A stretch of DNA of 64,000 nt. Source: Lama guanicoe (taxonomy: Eukaryota). The translations under genes were made by a program, and so were the position numbers. Each line of letters begins with the position of its first letter. Within the stretch, counting starts at the first letter, position 1. Positions 23,861 to 35,500 of this stretch are shown one piece after another. Under the pieces are notes generated by a model. It saw only the letters and a list, made by a program, of their open reading frames with translations, did no database searches and was not told the origin of the DNA. Location: positions 4,876,167 to 4,940,166 of the forward strand of contig MU054001.1 in the NCBI GenBank assembly GCA_013239625.1. The letters are read 5' to 3'.

Positions 23861-23949
23861 GTATTTTTTTATGGAGGTACTGGGGATTGAACCCAGGACC
23901 TTGCGCATACCAAGCCCATGTGCCACTACTGAGCTATGCTCACCCCTCC
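23861..23949 (-). mobile_element. tRNA-derived SINE (Vic-1 type, short form) with perfect 16-bp TSD
   Basis: tggaggtactggggattgaacccaggacc...actactgagctatgctcacccc; TSD atcatgtccattatta at 23845-23860 and 23950-23965. Confidence 0.9.
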
Positions 23950-24879
23950 ATCATGTCCATTATTATTGAGAAACTCATTCATTCACTCATTTATTGAAGG
24001 CTGCGCAGACTGAGTGGCTGCTATGTACAGGGCTCTGGGTCAGGCACAGGAGACCTCTGGAGGAATGGGGGCATTTCCGCCTTTGCAGGGGTCGACTGAC
24101 GAGATGATCTGTAGGCAGAATGATGCTGTCCCATGCACAACAGCGATGGGCCTGACTCTCTCATCAGTTCAGAGGCTGTATGGCATTTCTCTTGTCCATT
24201 GACTCTGTAGGACACAGCCCATGTTCTGCACACACTAGAGGCCTAGTAAATGCCCCTGCACTGAATTAAGATTGATCCTTAGAAGCACACTTCCTGAAAG
24301 TTGCCCCCCAACTCAGCCACTCCCCAGTGCCTCGTAGCCAAAAGGCAGCTCTCCACTCTATCCTGAAGCTTTCTTTTGTAAGCTCAGCTGCCCCAGAAAA
24401 CTCAAAGTAAGTGTGGATTTGGAGGATGCACACATAGTAACAACTTTTTAGCTCGCTGGCCATCAGATGATCTTTCTGCCGCTTCCTCTTCTCTTTTGCT
24501 TTTCGCATCCTTTTATTCCCCCTAGAAAGCAGAACATAAGGCTGACACATCACTTTGGTGTCCCCCAAAATGAGAATTCTCAGATGCTGCTTTTAAAATC
24601 CAGCTCAGCGCCTCCCATGAGCACCTCAGCCATGTGCCCATGAAGCCTACATTGTGATATGCCTGGATCTGCATTTCGGAGCCCTCTTCTGCAATCAGCT
24701 GGGGTCTTAGCTCCCATCCCAGCACCAGTTTCTCATTTCCCACCTCCATGTCTTTATCTGTCTTGGCCATTGAACTTTCAAAGCTTCCATCTCCTTCTCA
24801 TTATTCAAGTTGATGGTGGACATCTCCCATTGCTTTGCAGCCTCCTTTCCCCTTTATGGGATCAAACACACTCTGCTTA

Positions 24880-25370
24880 TCTTCCTTTGGGGAAACCACG
24901 CTCTCCCTCACTTCCAGTCCTTGGGCGTTAGGTGGGATGGATGTTGCTTGCTGGCTCCAGGGTGGAACATGTGACCCAGGGCTGACCAATCAGAGATCAA
25001 ATCCTTCCGATCATTTGATTGGCTCATGGATGCCCACATGGTACTAGAGAAGCCAATCAGGCCCAGTCACCAACCACTTCCCATTCTAGGAGACACCCTG
25101 GCTGCCACTGGCCGCCAAAACGGGAGAGTAGAAGCTGGTTCCTGGAAGGGAGGCTGAAGAAGATGTGGAGACCAGATGGGGAAAGGAGAGTTCTTTAAGT
25201 CACCGTATTCTGCTAGTCCTACCTACTTCTGGACTTTCAGTTACAGAACCCAGTGATTTCTGCATTCACACACGTGCACGCACCTGCGTGCACACATGCA
25301 CACTTGCCTTTTTTCCCCCCAAGCCACTTGGAATTAGATTTTCATCCCTTCCAATAGAAATATCTAACCA
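24880..25370 (+). mobile_element. Old MaLR/ERVL-type LTR (MLT1K/L-like)
   Basis: catgtgacccagggctgaccaatcagag...tgattggctc...ctggactttcagttac...aagccacttggaattagattttc. Confidence 0.55.
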
Positions 25371-25659
25371 TTAGCGGGAGGCTCCAATGGATCTGAAATT
25401 CTAAGCCCCGGAAACGGGAAGCCAGGGAAAATGGCCCCCAAGACCCCCTTCCGCAGTGGGATTCCAGGTCCAGCTGCCTTTTGAAACAAACCATCCTCTG
25501 CCTTTCTCTTTGGCCTTGCCTGGTAGAGAGAGGGACCTGTCTCCTCCTTATCTGAGCTGAGAAGGGGACACCACAGAATGAGGAATCCCAAACGAACTTC
25601 TCTTCTGCTCTGGGGACTAGAGGGCACTCTCCTTGGGTTTCTATATTGTTTTACCTTTT

Positions 25660-25930
25660 ATTTTTTTTTTTTCAGATTTACCTTTCTAATTAGGTTTTGT
25701 GCAAGCAAATACATTAGGATTAATTTGTAATCCTTGAGCTCACAGAGAGTGAGGGTGGGACGGCCCCGGAGCAGGCTGGGAGCCGAGAGGAGGTGTTTGC
25801 TAAGGGAAATCCACGGAGTCGGGGAGCACGTGGGTAACGAGGTGTTTCAGGTGTGTCCTTTATTCATTTGTTTGATCTGTAATTATGAATTATTAGTTAT
25901 GCACCAGGTATTGGCAAATAAGACAAGGCA
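25660..25930. promoter_or_regulatory. Candidate homeodomain-rich enhancer
   Basis: ctaattag (25686-25693), inverted aggatta-N5-taatcct (25716-25734), taattatgaattattag (25880-25896); no repeat recognised. Confidence 0.45.
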
Positions 25931-27639
25931 CCTGTTTTCCCAGGTCCTCAGCAGAGGGAAGAGACAAGTCGACGGGACAGATCAATCTGGAGGGGACAGG
26001 TTGGGCTTCTGGGTCACTGGGGTACAGTGGGAAGTTGCGTCCTGTTTCCTGAGGCTGATACCTCACTGTCCCAGCCTGGCAGGCGGAAGGGGCTCTTCCA
26101 AGAAGGGTGCTCCATGCCCCCTTTGCCTGTGTGTGGCCTCCCAATTCAGCACATGGGCTCACCCCCTCCCCAAGGCACAGCCAGGCTTCCCAAAGCCCAC
26201 CTTCCAAGCTGAGTGGTGGGCAGGAGTACCTCCAGGCTGTTCCAAAGCTGACATCCCTCAACCCTTGCAACCATCCAGGTGGGAAAAAGCCTTGTTCACT
26301 AGTCCAGACTCCCCCTTTCCTTGGGGTGAGCACCCTTGGAGTCCTCAGCATCCTTCCAGCCAGGAGTTGTGGTCAGGACCCTGTCCACTTGCCAGGCCCT
26401 GTGTCTTAGGAAGGAAAAGGACAAGTGTCAGTTCTTCTCCCGTTCTCCCTGGCTCCAGGGCAAATGTGTCCACAGCATGGGAGATGGGGGGTTGGGAGAA
26501 GGGGGAGGTGGGGGTGACGGAGAGGGAGGTGTGGAGGGGTAGCTCAGTCAGGTCCCAAAGGTGTGGCCAAATTCTTTCCCCAGCCCTGGATGCCCACTCG
26601 CTGGTTGCTTGCCCACCCAAAGAGGCCTCTTGAAAGGCCCCTTCATGAACAGAGAAGATAGGCTGTGAGACGGCTCGTGAAGCATCCCTGCAGCTTGCGC
26701 ACAGCTTGGCCGTGTCCACCCTGCAGCTCGGGGCCGAGCCTCTGAGGGAGCAGGTATCTCTGGGACACAGCCAAGGGGCTGCCCAGGCCTCCACTGGGCC
26801 CCCATTTCTCCCATCCAATGGAAGACGAGCTCTGTTCCAGAAGGCTGGGTGCCACCGCTGCTGCCTTGGGACTGGAGAGCTTTCTAAGCTGCTGCACCTG
26901 GGGCAGCTACAGGCCAGGGGAAGAGTGGGCACAGGGTGGTGAAGGGGACTCAGACCTTCCCCTGGTGCACGGGAGCCTTTGGATGGGGGATGTCTCCTTC
27001 AAGAAGAGCCTGGGGCCACCTGCCCTTCATTTTTCCTGTAATTATCACCAGCGAATGGCCATTACAGGGTCCAGAGGTCTCCGGATCCGCCCTGAAATTA
27101 AAGCCCAGCATCCTCAGAGTGGGTGAGAGGAAGGATGCTTACGGCCCATCGCCCTCTCACTGAGGGGAGTTTATGTCTGTTAGTAACTGTAAATGGTGAG
27201 TTGAGTGGGGCTTAGATGGCACCACTAAAGCCTCTGTCCTCTGCCCAAGGCCTCTGCAGGCTCATTAGCAGACCCTGTGCTGTGCGCAGGCAGGCTACGG
27301 GGGTGGTGGGGGTGACTCATGCCTCCTGGTGGGTTGTCTTTCCCCACACACACCCAGGCCTGGGACAGTGCAGAAGGCTCAGCTTGGCTGCCCAGGGACT
27401 TGGGGAGTGACCGCAATAGAGGTGGGGAGGAGGGGCTTTTGCAGCTGCCAAGGGGCATCAGCAAGGCTTGGCTCAGCTTGGGGTGAGGGTCACACCACAG
27501 CAGAACTGAGAACGTCCTGGGAAGTCTCTGAACCTGACCTCCCGCTTTAGAGCTGGGGAAACTGAGGCTCCCTGGTTTAGGGGGGCAGGTCAGGGATCAG
27601 CCCTGCTTCCTGCCTGGGTGAGGAGAGAGCTCCAGGAAG

Positions 27640-27804
27640 GAGGGGCTCTCAACGCTGGCTGCACTGTGGTCTCTCTTGGGCAGCTTTGAGCAATGCAAGC
27701 CTGAGCCCTGCCCAGAGATCCTGGGTCATTGATGGGGTGGGGCCCGGTCATGGGTCTCCTTTACAAGCCTTTACTACGGTACGTGCTGAGGTTGAGAACC
27801 ACGG
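27640..27804. mobile_element. MER5A-like hAT-Charlie MITE
   Basis: ctctcaacgctggctgcac...cccagagatcctg...ggggtggggccc...ggttgagaaccacgg. Confidence 0.75.
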
Positions 27805-28957
27805 GTGGTTGCACAGGGTGGGTAAAGGGAGTTTCTCTGCCCTGAATTGACATTGCTAATGTGTGATGTGACCTGTGTCTGCCAGATCACACGGCCCAGG
27901 GCCACAAAGGGGCGTTGACAACAGTGATCTATATTTACCTGGTTTTTGCTCTCACCTGATATTGCAGGACTCCCAGAACCCCGTCAAACTGTCACTCAAC
28001 TGTTTTGAGGACCCTCTGGGCTTGTCTCATGTGGGTGCATAAACAAACCTGTCAGCCACCAAGTGGCAGGGATCAGGCCTGTCTCTTCTGCTTTGGAGGC
28101 GTCATCTGCCTAAGAGGCTGTTTGGAGTGACCCAGCCCTGTATCTGGAAGCCCTGCCCTTCAGTCCCTTGCTCTCTGCGCCACCACTGGATCCTGCCCGT
28201 TTTAGGCACCATGGTGTCAGCTGGACACATCTTAGACCCTCTGCTGGATCTGGCCACCTTGATTGGGCTGACCCCACAGCCACCTCTGAGTTTCACGCCT
28301 TCAGTGCTGATGGGCTGAGCTCGCTCTGCCTACAGCTCCCCCCATTTTGGATTTCTCCCAGCTCTGAGCTACAGTGGGAAGAATTCTCTTCTCCTCCATT
28401 CTCTGCTGTTCTCTGTCACTGGTCCCGACGTCTTTTGAGTTTCAATAAAAACCATTCTTTTCTCTCTCCCAAGAATTTGGAACATAACTCTAGGGGGTGG
28501 GGTCAGGAGAGAAACCTACATGCCAGACACTAGCATCCTGGCCCCCTCCATACCCCATGCTCAAACCTTGGCTATAAGACTAAGCTGGGCTGCCTGGCTC
28601 TCCCTTTAGAAGGAATTCAATTCAAGGGGCTCCTCAAATCATCCTGCAGGTGGACTTCTGATCTACCCAGAACCCAGCTATGTCTTGCTTCCATCAGGAG
28701 ATATGATTTAGGTTCAAGCTGTCCCTTCAAGATCCCTATCTAGTTTGTATCATTGCCCATTTCTGCCACACCTTGTGCAGGCCCTCTCCATCTCCTTATC
28801 CTGCCCTTATCCACAGGCTGGCTGTGTGGACTTGCAGATAGCGATGATCACACTCTGAGGAAGGAGAGGGTGTCCCCCAGTACATCTCCTCCACAGTACC
28901 AGGTCCTGTGAGGATGGTGAAAACGCATGAAAATTCCCCTCCACACCTTTGCATCCG

Positions 28958-29408
28958 TGCATTAGTTTCCGGAGGCAGCTGTTACAAATTACTACAATCT
29001 CAGTGACTTAAAACAGTGGGAATTTATCCTTGCACAGTTCTGGAGGCCAGAAGTCCAGAGTCAAGGTGTCAGCAGGGCTGTGCTCCCTCCAGAGGCTCTA
29101 GGGGACAACCCGTTCCTTGCCTCTTCCGGCTTCTAGTGGCTCTGAGTATTCCTTGACTTGTGGCCACATCGCTTCGCCCTCTGCCTCTATGGTTACATGG
29201 CCTCCTCCTCTCCTTTGCGTGTCTCTCAAAAAGACACTACACATTGCATTTAGATGCACCTGACTGATCCAGGATGCTCTCCTCATCATGAGATCCTTAA
29301 CTTCATTATGTCTGCAAAGAGCCTTTCCCCAAATCAGGTCTATGAACAGATTCCAGGGGTCGGGGGATGTAGACATATCTCTCTGAGGGCCACCACTCAA
29401 CCGACTCG
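28958..29408 (-). mobile_element. MaLR solo LTR (MLT1B/C/D-like)
   Basis: tgcattagtttcc...acagttctggaggccagaagtccagagtcaaggtgtcagcagggc...tctgcaaagagcctttccccaaatcaggtc; well preserved. Confidence 0.9.
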
Positions 29409-30974
29409 AATATTCTTTAGTTCTATCAGCAGATACAAGGGTGGGGGGGACACCACCCTCATAGACAGACAAGACATTGGAGCATCTAACAAAGGGGAAT
29501 CCAGGTGAGACTTTGACTGGTGATATGGCGCCTCCTGACTGCGCAGAGCCTGCTTGGAGGAGGAAAAGTTAGGTCTGCTTTGGGGCTTACTTCTAACGCT
29601 CCCTCCGGTTCATTTCCCCACTGTCCCGTTTGGTCTTGATTACCTGAATTTTTCTGTGATCGCAGAAATCTGTCATTGTGCCTTGCCTGACATCTGAAAC
29701 AGCAAGTGGCCTGCCTGGCATTGAAAAGGAAAAAGTTTCTGGAGGACCCACCTGGGGCTAGAAGCCTTGAAGTGCTGTGGGTCTGGGGCCTGTGAAGGGA
29801 AGCTGCGATGGGGGAGGGCTGGGTGAAGGCAGGGATGGTCTCCTGAGTCGGACCCCGGTCCTCAGGGGGTGGGGGAGATGGGATGTAAGGGGGGGACATG
29901 CAAGTTGCCTACCCTGGGCACTTGGGGTCCTCTCAGGCCCCAACTGAGAAGCCCCTATTGCCGCCTTTCCCGAGCCCCCAGGCCTGAAAGCTTGAGGCCC
30001 GGGGAGAATAAAACCGCCTGGGCAAAAAGGCTCCAAGGCAGTTCAAAGACAGAGAGAGACTGGGGATGAAGTTTTCAAGCCACATCCAAGGGGAGGGCTT
30101 TTCATCTCTCAGCCTTTGAATCGGGAATCAAGGCAGCAAAGTTACTACCAGGTTAAAGTTTAAATGGCACAGAAAGGGGAGACGGGAAGATGAAACAACG
30201 GCCGTCTGGCCAGGGGAACAAAGCCGGAGCCCAGCCTGGGCGCCCGGCCGCAGAGGCGCTGAGTTGCAGCAGTCCCAGCAAGGAGGGGCCCTGACGCGGC
30301 CATTGTTCGGCTTAAGAAGGAAAGTAATTGAAAGGAAAGGTGAGCCAAGGAGAGGCGGCCTGTGCGTGCGACTGCCTGGATCGTCAGAAAATAATTTAAA
30401 GGGAACAGGCCTATCAAGCAGTTTCTCTTATGGAAATGCCATCATTGAAGAGAAAGGAAGGGGAGGGTGGGGGAAGCCTTTTCATTCTTTGAAAAAAAGT
30501 GAGGTTTTTTCTTTCCACTCACCAAGTGCAGACTTGAATATTATTTGAAATCCCTTCGGTTTGCAAACTTGCTTTACTTCCTAACTGCCTGGGCTGGGGG
30601 TCCTCTCCAGGACCAAGGGGTTTTGGGGGAGTTGGGAGTTTTGGAGGGACCACATGGTTGCATCTGTGGAGGCATTTCATTCTGAGACAGGCTCCCTGCT
30701 TCCCTGGGAAGCCCAGCCCTTGTTCAGCCTCCTCCCAGGTTCTGCCTGTTCCCCTTGAATCTGAATTGCCTTTAGTGGCTGCTTAACTGGCTACCAACTA
30801 TAATTTCTGGGGTCTTGATGGCAAGAACAGATGAGTTAGCATCCTGCCCCAGGGGGCACAGGTGCACCCACACCTTTCTAGAAGAAACTTCTTTGTCCCC
30901 ATCTGACTGGACCCAAGAGGAACACCCCCTTATAACAGTGTTTCAGTCTTCCAGAGCTAAAACACATTAAAAAA

Positions 30975-31235
30975 TGTCAACATTAATCAAGAGCTTATTC
31001 TGTGCCAAGTAAAGTCTAGTGAGTAAAACATAGGTCCCTATGTTTAGGACCCTACAGTCTAACTGAGGCGGTGAGCAAATAAGCAATAAAAATACAGACT
31101 GATAAGAACTACGACAGAGGAAAAACATTATGGCTGTGGGGGTCCCATAGCAGGATTGCTGAACCTGGTCTATGGGCCATCAGGGAAGGCTGCCTGAAGG
31201 AGATGACATTTGAGCTAATTTGTGAAGATTCATTC
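30975..31235 (-). mobile_element. L2 fragment, left part (continues at 42395)
   Basis: gagcttattctgtgcc...cagggaaggctgcctgaaggagatgacatttgagct. Confidence 0.7.
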
Positions 31236-32587
31236 GCTGTTAGTACGGGAGCTTCTACTTCCAGACAAGATGGAGTAACATGGACTAGATTTACCTCTTG
31301 CCTGAAACAACCAAAAAACTGGCCAAAATACATGAAACAATGGTTTGCAAGATATTGGACATTGAGACATTAAGGGCAATTTTCCCTGGGAGATGGGAAC
31401 CAAAAGAGGTGAGCCCTATGATTGCTCCAACTTACTGCCTTGAGAGAGTTTCCAGACTATGGTGCAAGGATAGAGAACCTGGGGGAAATTGGTAGATGCC
31501 CTCTGTTGAAGAGACAAAGCTGAGAGTCTGGAGGCCAAAGTGGCTGGTGCTTGCAGAAGAGAGTATCTGAAAGGAGAAAGCTGCACAGAGAGAAAACTGG
31601 TGATCTGCAGGGGCCCCTCCCCAAGTATCCAGCAGAACATCAACCAGCACACGCACGTGGGGAAGGTAACTGAGATGTGGAAATGAACCATCCAAAGGGT
31701 CAGGGTGAAGAGTACTCGAACTGCATCCAGGATAAAGTACAAGATTATTTATAGGAACAAATATGCAGCATGCAGAAAGGTAAAATTTATTATGTCTGGC
31801 ATCCATTCACAAATTACCAGCCACATAAAGAAGCAGGAAAATATGACCCAGGATGAAGAGAAAAGTGACTCAATCAAATTGACCTAGAACTGGCGCAGAT
31901 GTTAGAATTAGCAGGTAAGGAAATTAAAACAGCTCTGATGACAATTCCATATGTTCAAAAGTTAATTAGAGACATGGAAGGCATGAAAAAGACCCAGATC
32001 GAACTACTGAAAATGAAGACTACAATGACTGAGACTGAAAAGTGCACTGGGTGGGATTAATGGAGGCTACCCATTGCAGAATAAAAGGTTAGTGAACTTA
32101 AAGATGGAGCAATAGAAATGCTCCAAAATGAAACAAAGAGAAAAAATAAAAAGAAAAAGAAAGACAATAAATAACATAAATGAGTTGTAGGATGGTATTC
32201 AGTGGCCTAAAATACACATAGAGTTCCTGAAGGAGAAGGTGGGTACAATAAACACAGTTGAAGTGATCGTAGCTAAAATTTCCCCAAAATTTATGAGAAC
32301 TATAAACTCACAGATCCAAGAAGCTCAATGAACTCCAAGCACAAGAAACATTAAGAAAACTACAGCAAAGCACATCATGACCAAATTGTTCAAAATCAGT
32401 CTTAAAGAGAAAGATTTTAAAGGAGCCAAAGGAAAAGAAAAACACACTATGTATGGAGGATTAGAGCAGATTTCTCACCAGAAATAATGCAAATTAGAAG
32501 ACAGTGGAGCAACATCTTTAAAACATTGAAAGACTCAACTCAGAATTTTATGCCTAGTGAAAATATTTTTCAAAAATGAAGGCAAAA

Positions 32588-35500
32588 CAGAGGGCAGATT
32601 CTGAAAATATGGTGGAGTAGGAAGCATCAGAAAGCTGTTTCTCCACCTAGGCAACAATTACACTGGCAAAATATGTCTAATGTAACTATTTTGGAACTCT
32701 GGAGTCTATTGAAGGCTCTCAACTTCCAAGAAAAGGTGTGGATGGTAAACTGCAGTTAATTTCAGTCAGTTTCAGCTTGTAGCATGGTAGCAGCTATCTC
32801 TCATGCCTCTGGAGCCATGCACATGTTCCTGGAGCAGCTTGAATGCAGTTTGTGGAAACCAGGATGGGCAAAAAGGATCCTGTCCTCCAAGTAATGAGAA
32901 TCTGTGCTCTGATTAATTGCTGATTGCTGATTGCTGCTTTTAATCACAGAGGTGCAGGCAAAGAGGTGCACAGCCAGTTTTATTGCACCTTTTCCATTGT
33001 GACAAGCACCTCCCCCTCCAGCTGAAGTGACTTCCAGGGGATTTAAAGGGCCAACACCCTTCCTACATTCAGTTTTCTCCCCTTTTTTTTGGAGCCTGAC
33101 ATTAAAATCTTGAACATTCATGAGAAAATTAGAACATGACCACACATGCCTAGGGAGAGACTCCAGAAATACCTGGGAAGACCTTAAATTTTCATCCCAG
33201 GCTGATCCTTGGTACAGAGATAGTCTACAATAATAATTTTTAAAATAATGTACAAAATAATGGCAAAAAACAGCAAACTCTGAGGAAGGGAGAGAATCTG
33301 ATTTCCAGAGTTACTACATGATAAGATTTAAACACCCAGTTTTCAACAGAAACATTCCAAGGCATTCAAAGAAACAGGGAAGTATGATCTGTTCAGTGGA
33401 AAAAAGAGAAGTCAATAGAAACTGTCCTTGAAGAAGATTTGAAAGAAGATCTACTAGAAAAACAGTATAAAACAACTGTCATAAAGATGTTCAAAGAATT
33501 AAAGGAAGATGTGGAGAAAGTCAAGAAAACAATGTATAAACAAAATAGAAACATCACAAAGAGACAGAAAACCTAAAAAAGGAAACAAAAAGAAATTCTG
33601 GAGCTGAAAAGCACAATAACTGAAATGAAAATTTTACTGGAGGGATTCAAAGGCAAATTTGAGCAGGCAGAAGACAGAATCAGCAAACCTGAAAATAGGA
33701 CAATGGAAATTATTGAATCTAAGGAACTTAAAAAAAAAAAAAGATTGAAGAAAAGTGAACAGAACCTAGAGGACCTGTGGAATACCATCAAGCAGACCAA
33801 CATACACATTGTATGTGAAAGTCCCAGAAAGAGGAGATAACAGAGAAGCAGAAAAAAATATTTGAAGAAATAATGACTGAAAACTTCCCAAATTTAATGA
33901 GAGATATGAATATATACATCCAAGAAACTCAACAAACTCCAAGTAAGATGAACTTAAGGAGACCCACACAAAGACACATTGTATTCAAGCTTTCAAAAAC
34001 AAAAGCCACAAGAAGGAGGTGAATCATCACATACAAAGGATCCTCAGTAAGAATATCAGCAGATTTCTCACCAGAAACTTTGTAGGCGAGAAAGCAGTGG
34101 GCTAATAGAATCAAAGTGCTAAAAGAAAAATTGTAAACTGAGAATCTTTTATCTGGCCAAAGTGCCCTTCAAAAGTGAGGGAGAAATTTAGACATTCCCA
34201 GATGAACAAAAACTGAGGGAGTTTGTTTCCATTAGACTTGCCTTGCAAGAAATGCACAAGGGAATCCTGCAAGAAGTAATAAAAGGACACTAGACCATAA
34301 CTTGAAATTATATGGATAAATAAAGATTTCAATAAAGGTAAATATATAGGAAATTATTAAAGCTAGTGTGATTTTTTATAACCACCTGCTGTTTTATGCA
34401 TGATTTAAGAGACTAATACATTTGAAAAAACAAAGGTAGTATTATTACAACTTATTGTAACTCCACATTTTGATTTCTATGTAACTTAAGAGACTAATGT
34501 ATTTAAAAGAATTATTAGCTTATGTTTTGGGGCACACAGCATTTAAAGATGTAATTGTGTGATATCAGCAACCAAAAGGGGTGGGGCTGGAGTTGAAAAG
34601 GAGCAGAATTTTCATATGTTATTGAAGTTAAACTGGTATAAATTCAAACTAGAGTGTTAACACTTTCAGATGTTAAATGTAATCCCCATGGTAAACACAA
34701 AGAAAATAGCTATAGAATATGTACAAAAGAAAATAAGAAAGGAAGTCAAATATTTTACTACAAAAATCAACTAAACCGTCAAGAAGGGCAATGCAGGAAA
34801 TGAGGAACAATCCCCTTACACCTTCCCCCCAAAAACCGTAAGTCTTCTAGAAAACTAAAAGCAAAATGACAGAAGTAAATCCCTCCTTGTCAGTAATCAC
34901 TTTAAATGCACATAAACAGAATTTTCAATTCAAAGGCAGAGACTGGAAGAGTGGATAAAAACACAGGATTCAACTATATGCTCTCTATGAGACACTCACC
35001 TTAGATCGAAAGACATAAAAATAGATTGAAAATGAAAAAAAAATTCCTTGCAAATAATAAGCAAAAGAGACCAGGGGTGGCCATACTAATATTGGACAAA
35101 ATAGATTTAAAAACATAAAAGATTATGAGAGAGAAAGAACTACATTATGTTAATAAGAGGTTTAATACCACAGGAAGATATAACAATTATAAACATTTAC
35201 ATACCCAACAACAAACCATCAAAATATACGAAGCAAAACTGATAGAATTTAGGGGAGAAATAGAAAGCTCGACAATAATGGTTGGAGACTACAATACCCC
35301 ACTCTGGTCAGTAATGGATAGAAAAGCCAGACTGAAGATAAATAAGGGAACACAGGACTTCAACAACACAATAAACCAACTAGATACAACAGACATACAC
35401 AGAACACTCTATCCAATAACAACAGCATATATATTCTTCTCCAGTGTACATGGGATATTTTACAGGATAGACCATATGTTAGATGACAAATTAAGTCCAA

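Noticed and set aside
25734..26633. 299-aa ORF
   Set aside because: Non-ATG start, no recognisable domain and no supporting exon structure.
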